Source: Enoplolaimus lenunculus
Lineage: Eukaryota
DNA: 64,000 bases
NCBI GenBank assembly: GCA_030248215.1
Contig: JASANG010002922.1
Span: 248,001-312,000 of the forward strand
Reading direction: 5' to 3'
A model generated the notes under the pieces. It ran no database searches, was not told where the DNA came from, and saw nothing but the letters and a program-made list of their open reading frames with translations. A program made the position numbers and the translations under genes. Of this stretch, positions 26,601 to 38,648 are shown one piece after another (within the stretch, counting starts at the first letter, position 1; each line of letters starts with the position of its first letter).

Positions 26601-29600
26601 GGTATCGTATGCTAATTACTCACTTACGCTACCATATGGTAACGGACGGTGACGGAAGGGTGACGGACGCATAACAACGCCACCCTTAGGCTACGGCTTA
26701 GTTCCAGACAACGCCACCCTTAGGCTACGGCTTAGTTCCAGAACGCCACCCTTAGGCTACGGCTTAGTTCCAGAACGCCACCCTTAGGCTACGGATTAGT
26801 TCCAGAACGCCACCCTTAGGCTACGGCTTAGTTCCAGAACGCCACCCTTAGGCTACGGCTTAGTTCCAGAACGCCACCCTTAGGCTACGGCTTAGTTCCA
26901 GAACGCCACCCTTAGGCTACGGCTTAGTTCCAGAACGCCACCCTTAGGCTACGGCTTAGTTCCAGAACGCCACCCTTAGGCTACGGCTTAGTTCCAGACA
27001 ACGCCACCCTTAGGCTACGGCTTAGTTACAGACAACGCCACCCTTAGGCTACGGCTTAGTTACAGACAACGCCACCCTTAGGCTACGGCTTAATTACACG
27101 CTTATCGTTCTGTTGTCAGTAGGCTACTGGCAAAAACACCAACACCACACCACTTACAGTTAGCAAATGTCGAAGTTTATCTTCCGCTTGGTGTAATTCA
27201 CTTTGCACCCGATTCATTTCAGTGTCTCGTTCGGCTAACTTTGCGTTCAATTCGTGTCGTTTCGCGTTTGCTTGTTGTTGTTGCTGGCAAATAAAAAAAT
27301 AGTTGACATAAATTACTGATTCAAATACGGCAGTGCTTCAATAATCCAATTTATCGTCGTTTAGAACCTACACCTTTGCATTTATTTCATAAGTTTGGTT
27401 CTATTTATCGGCCCATGTAAATAATAGAGGCGGGAGAGTTTTTCTGTGGGACTAGAATAGAGTACGCTTAAGCGTTAGACCTAATTTCTTGCTTGGCTTA
27501 GGCTTAGGCCTTGAAATATGCTCATTCTTACGCTTTGGTTTAGGCTTAGGCTTAGGCTTAGGAATATACATATAAGACTGTTCCGCCCCTGTTCTTTACA
27601 TTGGCCTATTTATCAAATTTTAACCGTCAAATAAAGTTCTAGCTCGTAATAATGGGAAGTTTCGAAAAATTCACAAGTAACAGACTCAAAACCGCCGACC
27701 AGATAAATCCTTTACGACAACTTTAGCGTATGTTCCTTTGAACAGATGTCCTGTATCATTAAGCTGCAATATTACAGTAGGTTTTTATTGTTCTAATTTT
27801 TATGTCTAAGCTTAAACTTAGGGTTTGAGATATCCTTGCGCCGATATTAGTTGAACGTTTTTCTGCGAGACTGCCATAGAGAGCTTTAGATATGTTTTTT
27901 GGTTGGGCACCGGCTTTAGGAATAAGCTCATTTTTACGCTTATGCTTCAAAATATGCTTGTACTACTGTTAGGGCCCTGTTCTGTACATCGGTCGGGTAA
28001 TATTACGCTTTTAAACGTAACATTGGCTCCAACTTTTAACCCTTTCTCACATGAATATTTTCTATTTCCCTGAGACCTACTTTTATGCTAGGATTCGAAC
28101 TCCAGTGACTGGCGTGGGAGGCGTATACCATCGCCACTCAGCTATAGGAGCTTGACGCTCGAGCCCGAGGGGGCTCTCACGTCTTGTGGTGATTTAGTCC
28201 TATGTATACGTGTTGCAATTGTTAAACACGGTGCGATATACATTATTTAACGTATATACACTCCGCTTAGTTGCCTATAGGCAACTCAATGTGAGAAGGG
28301 GTTAAACATTGCGATTAGGCATCGGAGAAATAGACTGTTACTCGCCTAAAAGTGACATTGGTCATCCTATTTCAAACTTCCGCGTACCTCACGTGCATCT
28401 TTAATCGTATCATCGAATTCAGCTTTCAAAGCATTCAACTCGCTCTGCAGTCCGTTTAAATCTTGTCTTCCGGTAGTCCGAGCGTCTTTTGACTTTGCAG
28501 AGCAAGCTTTGAGCTCAGTTTGAAGATGAGCAACTTCAGATTCGAGCTCGCGAATTTGGGCTGATTTAGATTTAAGCTCCTAAATATCATCGTCGATAAC
28601 AAAATTAGCACCAATACTTAGTTATCAACCCATCCCCATGCCCTATAAACCACCGATCTTTCGCGTCTATCATTTTCAGAACTAGTGAAATGATGGAAAA
28701 TTTCGTAATTTAGGTTTCAATATATAAGCTAATACGCTAATTAGTTACTAGCCAGCTATTCATTAACCTAATGTATATACACTGCGCTGAATTGCCTACG
28801 GGCAACTCAATGTGAGAAGGTGTTAATCTATTTTACAGGTTTATCAATAGCTTCTTCAAATTCCTCGCAGGTAAACACCACAAATCCTTGGGTACTAAAG
28901 TCAAATCGCTTTTATCAATTCGAATAATGAACGAAATAAATTTAAAAAGTCCTAATTTAGGCTCAGCTATAATTTTACTAATTAGCCTACTACAGCTAGT
29001 AAACGGCTGAGAATTTCAAAATCCCAATGTGAAATTACCACCCCATGATAATAAGATTTCAAACAAAAAACATTATGAAATCCGTTCAGCGGTTCCTGAG
29101 ATTGTTATCGGACGGACTAAACGAATGGACATGCCATCTTTCGAACCCCTGTTATTTTAGTCATCGCCGTACGCAGTTATTCACACACTGGTCGAAATAT
29201 TAGTTAAAAGTATTTGTTACCTTTCTTAATTTGTCAATTTCCGTCTCATATCGGCTCGAAACTTCACGTATGCTGTTTTCAGTTGACTCCGAGTCCGTTT
29301 GAGCGCGTGCACGAAGGACTGCCAGTTCAGATTCACGTTGAGCCAGTTTGTCTTCAAGATCTTGTTGAGTTCGTTTGGCGTCATCTTGACACTAAAAATG
29401 CTAAACTGCACAAGTTAGGCTTTTGAGTAAAAACAAACAGTAAAAGGTTAAAGCATCAAGCCTAGTTTCAGCAACCCTAATTACTGTGTATACTTACCGA
29501 AATAAACAATTGTTTAGACAACGAAAAAGCTTACATAAGAGCCAATGTATACACTTAGTGTTGCATTATCCTTGTCCTACGGCGCCGTCCGTCACTGTCC

Positions 29601-32600
29601 GTTACCCGTACGGAATCGTCAGTCACCGTCAGTCCCTCGTACGATGCCGTCTGTTGCCGTCCGTTACCATAACGTTATTGCACGTTAATAGTTATTTGAT
29701 ACAGTACGGTGACAACTGACGCCGTACCGGTGACGGACGATGCCGTAAAGGTGACAGACAGCGCCAAACGGGAGACGGACGGCGCCATAGGGGTGACGGA
29801 CAGCGCCGGACGTTATGAAAAGAATAACGTCACACTTAGCCATTGCCAAAACAGGCGTAACGCAAGGAAGAAACAGGTCTACCAGTGGCAGATGTATTAG
29901 GATCATTGGGATTCATTTTCTACCGATCCTTTCGTGCCATGAAACTTTGCGGAAATACAAAACTATACCGCCAGCCGGGTGTGGCACCAGAGTAGCGATA
30001 TCATTTTCAAAACGAACCCATCCCAAGTTATCGTTTACCAGCAGATTTGCGTTGAAAATTTTGCGACGAAAACGATTCATCTGCTAGCTTAAAATGTGTT
30101 TTTAAGCTTAATAACTGAAAACTACGGCGAAACTGTAACTCAAGTGAGCCAGCCTGGCAAGCATAAGAGTCGGTGTTTCATTTTCGCCAAAAAACCGACC
30201 GTTTTCACCCGAGACGTTATTCAAACTTCCATCTCAGAAGAAATTATGGTTCAACGTATTAACCTCTCGTGCAGCATTTTTAGCTTTATCAAGCTCATCT
30301 TTAATTTCGTCAAGTCGTTGCAACAAATTGCTTAAATCTTTTAAGCTTTCATCAGACGTTGAGTCTCGTGTTTGCTCAATCCGACCGATTTCACTGTTGA
30401 GTCGATTAAGCTCACATTCAACTCGATACATTTGTTTCTGTTTCTCACGAAGTTCCTGAAACAAATAGTCGTTTTATTGTCAGTTGTATGTACCACCTTA
30501 TCAGTAGTCGGATGATAGTACATGTAAATTTTGACCCAGTCAGACAATGAATACTTTAAATTTGATTGCATGCGACTTGTGATCCAAATTTAACTTCGGT
30601 GCCTGTTGTAGTTCACTTGTTTTAGAACCAATCTGCAGTTACAGATCTAAAAATTAGTGCAGAAGTAGGGCAAGTCAAACGCAAACAAACTGTTGAATTT
30701 CGAACCTCGCAATGCGCTGGTTCCAAAGTTATAGGACCTATCACCAACTGGTGATAAGTGCTACGCACATTTGAAATACGGGCTCAGATCTCAGATGAAA
30801 TAGAAAATATTCAAGCTTGAAAAGATTAAACATAAAAATTTGCACCTACCGATTTTAATTCTTCAATTTCATGCTGATATCGTTTCGCAAGTCGACCGGT
30901 TTCGACGGTTTTTTCGTCAACTTCTTTTTCGTAATCTTCAACTTTTTCAATTAACTGAAACAAAACAAAAAAAATTGGTTAGAAAATTTAAAATCTGAAT
31001 AATTGCGTTGCACAGGGTAGACTATATAGCGTTTTCAAAAAAAGTTTTTCCACGCCATCTTTGAAGGGACATGAAGCCGGTGTGAGCACTGCTGGTATTG
31101 TCGTTTTAGCCATCCCTTCAAAAATTGCAGTAAACACGACATCACCAAGATTTCAGCGTATTTTTGTTTCACTCTAATGTTAGCAAGTTCTTGAACTGTT
31201 CGAACACCCTCTACAGACAGGGCCAGCGATAGGATAGTCGGTCCCCCCAAACAGCTCCGAGCAGCGCACACTAAAATGTTTCGGAGCTCTATAACTTCGT
31301 CCACGAAACATTTTTCAGCTTTCCAAAATGGGCCGCAAGAATCGCCCCCCTATAACTGGGACGTTTGGCAGGCGCTTCCTTCGTGGTCCATGAAAAAATT
31401 TTCAGTTTGCCAAGAGGGGTCCCCAAAAGGTCGGCCCTCCCAAACTGGGGGCGGGGGTTTGGGGCGCTTCCACCGACACTGTCTACAGACCACAGAGCCA
31501 TTTTGCTACAATCTCATATCTTTGTATTCTCACGCTTATTTAGCATCGCTACAAAATTACAGTAATCTAGCGTTAACATTTGCTAAATTTTTAACTAAAA
31601 GATTTATACAAGAAAATCATAAAATAATTTAAAATACATATGCGGTTGAGGATTTTCCGAAAACGTAAACAAACCCCATAATGGAAAGCAATGTTGCCCC
31701 CAGAAACACAACGTACACTGAGGGCCAGAGTAGCCACCCTCATGCCGCTCATTTCGGGTGGTTGCCCTATCTCAAGAAGTGCCCCCACCCTAACGGGATC
31801 TTAATCAAAAAATTTGAAAAATATTTTGATCATCACCAGGGGTCCCGATCCCGAAACTTTGAACGGGCACTGTAACCTGCTCCAGAACTGGCGATATTAA
31901 ACAACTTCCCGGAATGTTTTGCTTACGTCATAATTTTCACATAACTGGTATGCGTATATCGCGTGTTTGCGAATTTCAAAACGCAACTCCAAACCAATAA
32001 TATCGGATACGTCACGAAATGTTTGCAATCTGTACATGATATAATAACAATTGCAACGTGATCGTTACCGAAAATGCAGTAAATATAGCGTTTTATTGCC
32101 AAATCCCCCCAATTAAATTGCTCGCCTAACCTCAGTAAATTCAGTCACCAATCCTTTGTGCTGTGCCGCAAGATGTTCGATCAACCGTTGAACAAAATCC
32201 GGCAGACTGTCCGCATCCAAATCGCGGATATCGTTGCTGGAATCGTGCAAATATTTTGACGCATATTTTTGACACAACTGAAATGTTAACATTTAATATT
32301 TAAAAACAATTTGGGTTAAAATAATGCTTGGTTAAAATGCTACAATAAAAGCGGCGAGCGCTTAAACGACAACGATTGGAACGCCAATGTTTGTTTCAGG
32401 ACCCCAATGTTCTCAAATCAAACCGAATTAACTTTGAACAATTGCACTCGATTTTATAATTCTAACCGTATTCCACCAGCAACCTCTTGTACACTTTTCC
32501 GTCACCGCTTAGGGGTACTGGTTTAGCTCACTCACTCAAAAAGAACCCACACATTTACAAATAAATGTGGTACAATCGCTTTTTACTTTTCAATCAGGAC

Positions 32601-35600
32601 GACTGCCGCCCGTCTGAACCCACGCAATTTCACAGGGGCTCTAATCAGGATAGGGGGAAGGCTGTCGCTCCGTAAACCTTGAAAACTAATTCGGCTCATT
32701 AAATCTTTTCCACATTTTTCGAAATTAGCAGATTTTGTCATAACTTAGATTTCAGATCAGGAGTATATGCTAAGGTTACATTTGAAGGGTAAAGTGTTTA
32801 TAAGGACCGCGTTTTACATCAATCAAAGAATTAAATATCAGCAGTATTGTCTTTGCCATCTCAAGAAATCTTTTTATCAAATAAAATTGTTTTCTGTCAA
32901 CCAAAGGGGAATTTTTTGTTAATACCACAAACGTGAAAACTTGACTTGATACTACTCGAGGGCTGTAGTGACCCGAATAAGAGGGGAGGGACTGATATTT
33001 ATTTGGCCTCTCCAGAGGGTACCCCCTGTAAATTTCGAACTCAACTTTATTTGATCCTGAAGACATTTATACACTACAGTTGGGATAATTGGCATTTATG
33101 GTCTTTAATTAGGGATTAGGGAGTCTATCCGCGTACGGCCTTTTATTAGGGATACGGACTAGTATTGACTGTGACTCAAAATGAAAACACCCGTCTTATT
33201 AGCCCCCCCTTACTCGGGTCACTACAGTAAATTTAGTCATATTTTTGGAATTTTTCTTTTTCAGATTTGCTAACGGTATAGATTATACCAACTCCACACA
33301 ATATCACATTAACTATATTGCTTGCAAAAGCTACTTTGCTAAATTATCGTTTAAGCAGTTGTTAGCGAACACCTAAACGTTGAACAAATATTTTGAAATA
33401 TCGGATAGGCCCAGCCTTTTTGAGAACTGAAAGCCATGATCTGATCTGAGAACTTTAGTTTTTGAACGGGCCTACTCAATAGCGAGCATTCGAAGTGTAT
33501 GCGAACGAACGTCGTCAACCTGAATAAGTTGTTCAATGACTGCATTCAATCCCAAATTTGTATCTTGCAGATCTCGCTGATGTTGTTGAATATCTTTCAG
33601 TTGCCTTTGAATCCGTGTGTTGCCATCAATCAAGCTTGAAAACGCATCTTCCATTGCCTCAAAATCACAAACTGGCTTTAGTTTCGCGATAAAACCGTTT
33701 TTTGTTTGCCCCGGATATTCTTTAACTAACCCATTTCACAGGTTCGGAGGGGGGCGACAGGTGTTGGAACAAACACGGTATGTACAACCCCTGTACGAAA
33801 TTTTGTTCAAAGTTAAGGACCACGCCGGGAATTGAACCTCGGCTCTCGTGCACTCGAGTCAAGCATGCTACCACTACACCATGTCGTCGATTGCAACAAC
33901 TTCATATTCCGGTATATGTCCACATGTATGGCAATTATTGTGCATTTCATACACTTTACCGTGCACATATACCGACAGGTGGAACTCGATTGGTTCAACT
34001 AAAGCTTTGTTTTCAGTGAGAACTACAGTATTCTTAGATATTAATAAGAAAAAATACTAAGAAACGCTGGCAGAGAGTGAACTACAGTACTGAGTTTGAG
34101 CTTATTCCTAATATATTAATAAGAATAAGAGATGTTGGAAGAAAATGCTGCAGGAATACATTTTCAAGGATCGGAATTGTATCGAAAAATTAATGCTTTA
34201 AACTTGAGTAATTTTCTCTTCAAATTATCTTTCCTCAAGAGCAGAACGGCTTTGGCTTTTCAAGCTTTAGAGCGACAATTTAATTCAGTTGAAATCTGCA
34301 TTCAGCACTGAAAACAATAGTGTACCCAGTCAGCTTCCAACTTTTGGCAGGGTTAAAATTACTTTTGTGGCTTCGTGCTGAAAGTGTCTTGCATCTTCGA
34401 CGCGGGATGGATCTGTGGCCGTTGGCCGTTGTGGATATAGTGGAACAGGAATTCGTGATGTAAGCGGTACCGAGTGACCACGAAGAAATGGCTGCAACAA
34501 AAATAGTATCTTCGAAAATACAGAAACTACATTAACACTTGCGTACGCTAACCTAGTAGTTATACCTGTAGTTGCTTACATACGCCAATGTATAGAACAG
34601 GGCCGTAACAGTAGAATAAGCATATTCCTAAGCCTAAACCTAAGCGGAAAAATGAGACTGTACATAAGCCCAAGCAAAAAATATAATTATAGATTAAACT
34701 TTGTCTCTTTCAGTCCCGCAGAAAAACGTTCCGCTCCTGATCTTACAAGGGTCCGAATCTGTAAGGTACTTTCTAAAAGTTTAAACTAACTTGATTTAAC
34801 CTTAAACAAATCCAGCAGCATTAAACTAACTTTCTAAATTAACTAAACTAACAGATGGTATTACGCTTAAACTCATTTCAAATCTTACATATTTCTAGTT
34901 TAAGCTAAACTTAATGAATTCTTAGATACTCATAAGAAATGGACTGAACATGTTACTTAAAATGCATATGTACAACTTAAACTCGCGTTTAAAAACATGT
35001 TAGTCTAAGTTAAACTTACAATTCTAGTTTACTTAGTGCTTCCAGCCATTTAAGTTTTATTTAAACTAATATTCAAGTTTAGTTGCGCTATAATTTAATT
35101 TTAAGTTTTTAGAGAGTAGTAAATAGTTTTTCAAACAGTACGATGCTATACGAATATAAGAGGGTATAATAAGTGTCCACGTTCCAATTTTGAGTCCGAA
35201 TCAATAGCAGTTTATTTTTGTACTTAGAGTTCGTAAATGAATAGAGTCTAAAGTTACTAGTTTGTCCATAAATGACAATTACCCTAAATTAGATTTCATA
35301 CAATGCTTTCCGGACCAAATTAAGTTCAGTTTATACAGCATTTGAATACTCACGGCATACTAATGTTACCTATATTCACAGCAGCATACTACTCAAACCT
35401 TAACCGTAGGAATATTCCTAAAGTAATGAACTTAAACCTTAGAAAATGACTTTAATTAAACAAAAGTATGTGGTCCAAATATTAACTGGAACTGGATTGA
35501 AAAATAAATAACAGCTCGGAACCGAATACAATGGAGGTTCCTTTAGGAACAGCAAAATAAATAACAGTCACCCCCTCTTATTCGGGTCACTACAGTACTG

Positions 35601-38600
35601 TTCATTGTTGGTTAAATATCTGTGCTACGGCCAAAAATCTTCAGACAGGGCTGAGACCCCCTGCATACCCCCTTGGCTACCGGCCCGCATTTATCAAAAA
35701 GTGTTTAATAGATGTGGCACACATCTAAGAACACGGGAACTTGAATACTTTTCAAACCGTTCAGCTTTACCCTCATATGGACTGGCCGACGTCCCATTGG
35801 ATCCATAGCTCCATACCACGGTATTTGGCCAATTCGAGGTGGCAGCGAGGACCGACGCCTACGCAGTGGCCTCTTTGAGACCCTGTATCGTGGCTCAGGT
35901 TGATTTGTAGGTTGTGCCTGAAAATTTTATTAGCATTTAAGCTACAATTTAATACGGTATAGTTTTCTGAACAGTGACAAATTGATAGCGTTTTAACAAA
36001 AGTGTGTTGTTCTTAAGCGGCTTTTAGCTAACGTATTCTGTAACCGCTAGGCTGGAAGGGGCAACAAGCAAAGGTTAACAATTTTGTTGAAGAACCAATG
36101 AGTCAAACAGAAGTCATAGTGTGGAAGTAGTTCGACAGAACAGTTTAATCGCTTAAAAGGTCACTTAAAATCTTAGCTTCATACCGTTAATCGTTAACAG
36201 TCACACTGTTAATTGCAGAGAGTTGATTTTAATTCAAACTGAGTTCAATTTGATGGAGTCTGAATTAGGTGTTTCAGAACTCACAATTCTGAGATTATCG
36301 AAATCATTCTGAGTTAATCAATCAAATTACCTGGAATCAACTCAACTCAGAGTGAGTTAATGTTTAGTTGGCATTAACTCAGAAAAAAGAGTTCGATAGT
36401 TGAGTTAATCAATGAATTAATCAACTCATTTTGAATTTACAGTAATTCATATCTGTAATTTGACATCATCTGCTTTCTAAAACTGCAGATATAGGAAGAT
36501 GCCTTAAGCAATATCAATGTTAATTCTTGCATTACAAAAAACTTTGACTTTGTTTCAGAACCCCTTTGACATATCTACTTGAGCAACGTTCCAATGGGTA
36601 CGCCCCTGAACTGTAAATTACGATCAGTTGATTATTCAACTCCGAGAGTAAATTAGTTGTTTCTGGTTATTCAGACCTCTGAGTGCATTCAACTGATTCT
36701 GAGTTTAAATCAACTCACTAAAATTTACAATGTGCAGGCTCATACTAACCGACCGTGGCGAAGCACTTGTTCGATAATGACGTTTTATAATCGTATGTCG
36801 CCGATGTGGTGTATGATATTCGACATTGTATTCGCCAGTGTCTTCAGCACTTTGCCGCGGTTGACGAACCGCTGTCGACGCGCCATCGCTCACTGGCGAG
36901 GTTTGTGGAGTTCGCAGAGATTCACCACGTATCTAAAATTATCATGCTCTCTCGTTTCGCTCGCGAGTTTTTTCCCCGTTATGGGTGTCGTTTTTAACAT
37001 TTGAGATTTGTGGATCGTCCACTGATTTCAAGCAAGTACAGACCCGTAGACAGCTCTCCTATTTATGGGGGATATGGGTTTTCGTTGACTTACAAGAAAT
37101 TTATCACATCACCAAGGGTTATAGATGCAAAATACGGCGCTCAAGCCCGTTGTATGTGGCCGTCCATTTCAGCGAAGGAGTCCATAAAATTCCAGACAGA
37201 CTCATAATTTGAATAGAATAAGCACTGAATAAAAGTTGCAAGCTTAAGTTTAAGCTTAAATTTCAGCATAAAGCCAACAATAGGTAAACGGTTAAGTAAC
37301 CATGTAAAATAGTTCACATCCTTCATATTTATAAGGGTTCCTGGGGTGGGTAGTAAGTAGCGGTGGGTAGTAAGTAGCATTTGTCACATTGCACTAAGAA
37401 GTGGGATGAACTCATTTCTTTTATCAAATTATAACTAGGGTTGCGAGGAATTTAACATGTACCCTATCAAGTCTCACTGAGTCTACACAAAAAATAAATT
37501 GTCTTAAAATTTCAAGACTCCTACTTTCTTAAATTTCCAAGACATAAATTTCTTATATTTCAGACATAGTAGCCTTAAACGGTTCAGAAATTCGTCTCTG
37601 AAATCGTTAACACAGAAATGACTTATATTCAAGAAATTGCTATTGCCATTTTTGTTCGAACCCCCTCGATTAGGGGGGTTTAAGCAAGAGATTAACAGTA
37701 TGCTTCAGTACACCTACCCCCCCTTAAACAATGGGGTTACAATTTGCTCCTAGCATTACTACGATATAAAACTGCATACAGACCCCTAAACAGGGGGGAG
37801 TAGGCCAAAAACGCAACGCGTGCCGGGTACATTCTTTAGTACACAGAATGTACGCAATTGCACACTCTTGTTATAAAGAGTGATCATCCACGCTTGCTAT
37901 TACCAATTTATAAGACACAAATTTCTTCTTTCAAGAAATAGTTGTCTTATATTCAAGCAATAATTTTTGATTTAAATGAATGTAAAAGAGTTGTTCCGTT
38001 TATATTCTTAAGACTGTATAAATAAATACTCGAATTTCAAAGATATATCAGATTGAGCTCAGACTCCCCCAATCTTAGTTTACGTCTTGGACGTATCTTA
38101 GTTGTAAAATTAGGGTATTTGTTTCAGTTTTAGTCCGACCATTTCGGAGTCGGTTTCTCTTGTAAATATTTGTTTTGTACTAAAGACATATATGTCTTAT
38201 ATTTCAGAAATATTTGTCTTAATATTTCATAAAACAAAGTGTTAAATTTAAGACATTTAAAGTGTGAAAAATTTCAGACCTATATTTCTGAAAATTTTAA
38301 GAAAGAAAACTTTGAAATTCAAGACATGTCTGGACTCTGTATTAAGAGACAATATATTTTGTGTGTAGTATTAAACGGAAACGAAATGTCTATAAAATAT
38401 GTCGTTGGAAATATAATCTGTTTCATACACGGGCGGAATGCGTGATAGGTAACGCGTAATATAATACTTGCGAGAACTGTAAAACATATTGGTCTACACT
38501 GCCCCAACATTTTAAAGTTTACGGTCTTTTCCAGGACTTATAAGCCTAAGACTGGGCGTAAGCCCTTTGAAAGGGACTTGTATAAAAGCTAAAAAATATA

Positions 38601-38648
38601 AACAGAAGTTTTAGGAGAGTTTACCTCATCTGATGGAGACTCTGACAT
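8690..38648 (-). CDS. Large coiled-coil protein of unknown family, ~30 exons, ~1,340 aa, with S/P/R-rich head and tail
   Basis: GT-AG exons that join in one open frame: 38648-38625, 36932-36750, 35917-35771, 34491-34363, 33657-33520, 32277-32131, 30954-30850, 30632-30555, 30455-30264, 29391-29221, 28579-28388, 27283-27158, 25371-25159, 23984-23917, 22081-21968, 21555-21441, 20901-20782, 19477-19322, 18010-17891, 17065-16874, 15866-15669, 15218-15066, 14565-14416, 13188-13049, 12713-12670, 12477-12418, 11657-11563, 10839-10554, 9841-9784, 8810-8690. Central exons are E/K/Q/L heptad-rich. The terminal exons are the least certain. Confidence 0.8.
8895..9103. mobile_element. TA-flanked fold-back MITE (second, internally deleted copy 21590-21740)
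   Basis: TA|CACTGTAAAAAAGGATGAGTCAAATTGACTCT ... AGAGTCAATTTGACTCCCCATTTTTTGCAGTG|TA. The inverted symmetry covers almost the whole element. Confidence 0.85.
13415..13494. repeat. Perfect 20-bp tandem repeat x4 (AACAAATATATGAGTCATGT)
   Basis: Directly visible. Confidence 0.95.
14817..15012. mobile_element. Telomere-repeat-bearing MITE, family A
   Basis: TIRs GGCCAATGTAAA... / ...TTTACATGAGCC, perfect 8-bp TSD GATTATTG, internal (CCTAAG)n tracts. Confidence 0.9.
17101..17386. mobile_element. Long-TIR fold-back element, possibly P/Galileo-like (second copy with left TIR deleted at 37647-37896)
   Basis: Inverted repeats of ~100 bp beginning CAAGAGTGGATGATCACTCTTTATAACAAGAGTGTGCAACTGGGTACATTCTG. 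Candidate 7-bp TSDs ATCGGAC/ATATGAC and CTATTGC/CTATTAC. Confidence 0.8.
19029..19309. mobile_element. Telomere-repeat-bearing MITE, family A, with an internally triplicated ~42-bp module
   Basis: TSD CTCTGCGC/CTTTGCGC. Three copies of CCTAGGAATAGGATCATCCTTACGCTTAGGCTTAGG. Confidence 0.88.
20237..20490. mobile_element. TA-flanked palindromic MITE rich in GAGTT/AACTC motifs (copies 11780-12032, 12185-12340 partial, 12754-13005, 15342-15595, 36204-36444, ~36610-36735)
   Basis: TA|CACTGTAAATTCCAGTGAGTTGATT ... AACTCACTGGAATTTACGGTG|TA. Confidence 0.85.
22147..22823. mobile_element. TA-flanked Tc1/mariner-type MITE (related copies 24015-24659, 25914-26320, 32963-33227, ~35150-35595, 62784-63491)
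   Basis: TA|CTGTAGTGACCCGAATAAGAGG ... CCTTTTATTCGGGCCACTACAG|TA, with shared internal sequence among copies. Confidence 0.85.
23080..23282. repeat. Dispersed repeat with ATTCTCAAATGTGT-TAGC...CTATCACCAGTT motif (also ~8072-8140, ~14280-14410, ~30700-30785, ~52280-52470)
   Basis: The motif recurs in both orientations and is inverted within the 23080-23282 copy. Confidence 0.55.
23665..23868. mobile_element. Telomere-repeat-bearing MITE, family B
   Basis: TIRs GGCCAATGTTACTTTAA / TTAAAGTAAACATGGGCC, TSD CGCAAAAT/CGCTAAAT, internal CCTAAG tracts. Confidence 0.87.
26674..27098. repeat. Minisatellite, 13 copies of a 32/34-bp unit (AC)AACGCCACCCTTAGGCTACGGCTTAGTTCCAG
   Basis: Directly visible head-to-tail copies with only a few substitutions. 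Confidence 0.97.
27410..27606. mobile_element. Telomere-repeat-bearing MITE, family A
   Basis: GGCCCATGTAAA...TTTACATTGGCC, perfect 8-bp TSD TATTTATC, internal (TTAGGC)n. Confidence 0.9.
28040..28301. mobile_element. piggyBac-type MITE carrying a tRNA-derived A/B-box cassette
   Basis: TTAA on both sides. Terminal inverted repeats (TIRs) CCCTTTCTCACAT / ATGTGAGAAGGGG. Internal TAGCTGAGTGG...GAGTTCGAATCC on the minus strand. Confidence 0.85.
31218..31481. mobile_element. GC-rich hAT-type MITE
   Basis: CAGGGCC...ACACTG termini with perfect 8-bp TSD TCTACAGA. Confidence 0.75.
33817..33888 (-). pseudogene. Second, more degenerate copy of the tRNA-Ala-like cassette
   Basis: GACGACATGGTGTAGTGGTAGCATGCTTGACTCGAGTGCACGAGAGCCGAGGTTCAATTCCCGGCGTGGTCC. 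Shares the mismatched T stem and flanking motifs with 46702-46774. Confidence 0.65.
34770..35116. mobile_element. AT-rich MITE with TAAACTAAC/GTTTAAG subterminal repeats
   Basis: TACTTTCTAAAAGTTTAAA ... TTTAAGTTTTTAGAGAGTA inverted ends. Confidence 0.55.
37486..38367. mobile_element. AT-rich TA-flanked fold-back element with internal AAATTTCAAGAC-like repeats, hosting the 37647-37896 insertion
   Basis: TACACAAAAAATAAATTGTCT ... AGACAATATATTTTGTGTGTA inverted ends. Confidence 0.6.

Noticed and set aside
26674..27098. CRISPR-like array of ~32-bp repeats
   Set aside because: Units are head-to-tail with no unique spacers, there are no cas genes, and the context is a eukaryotic intron.
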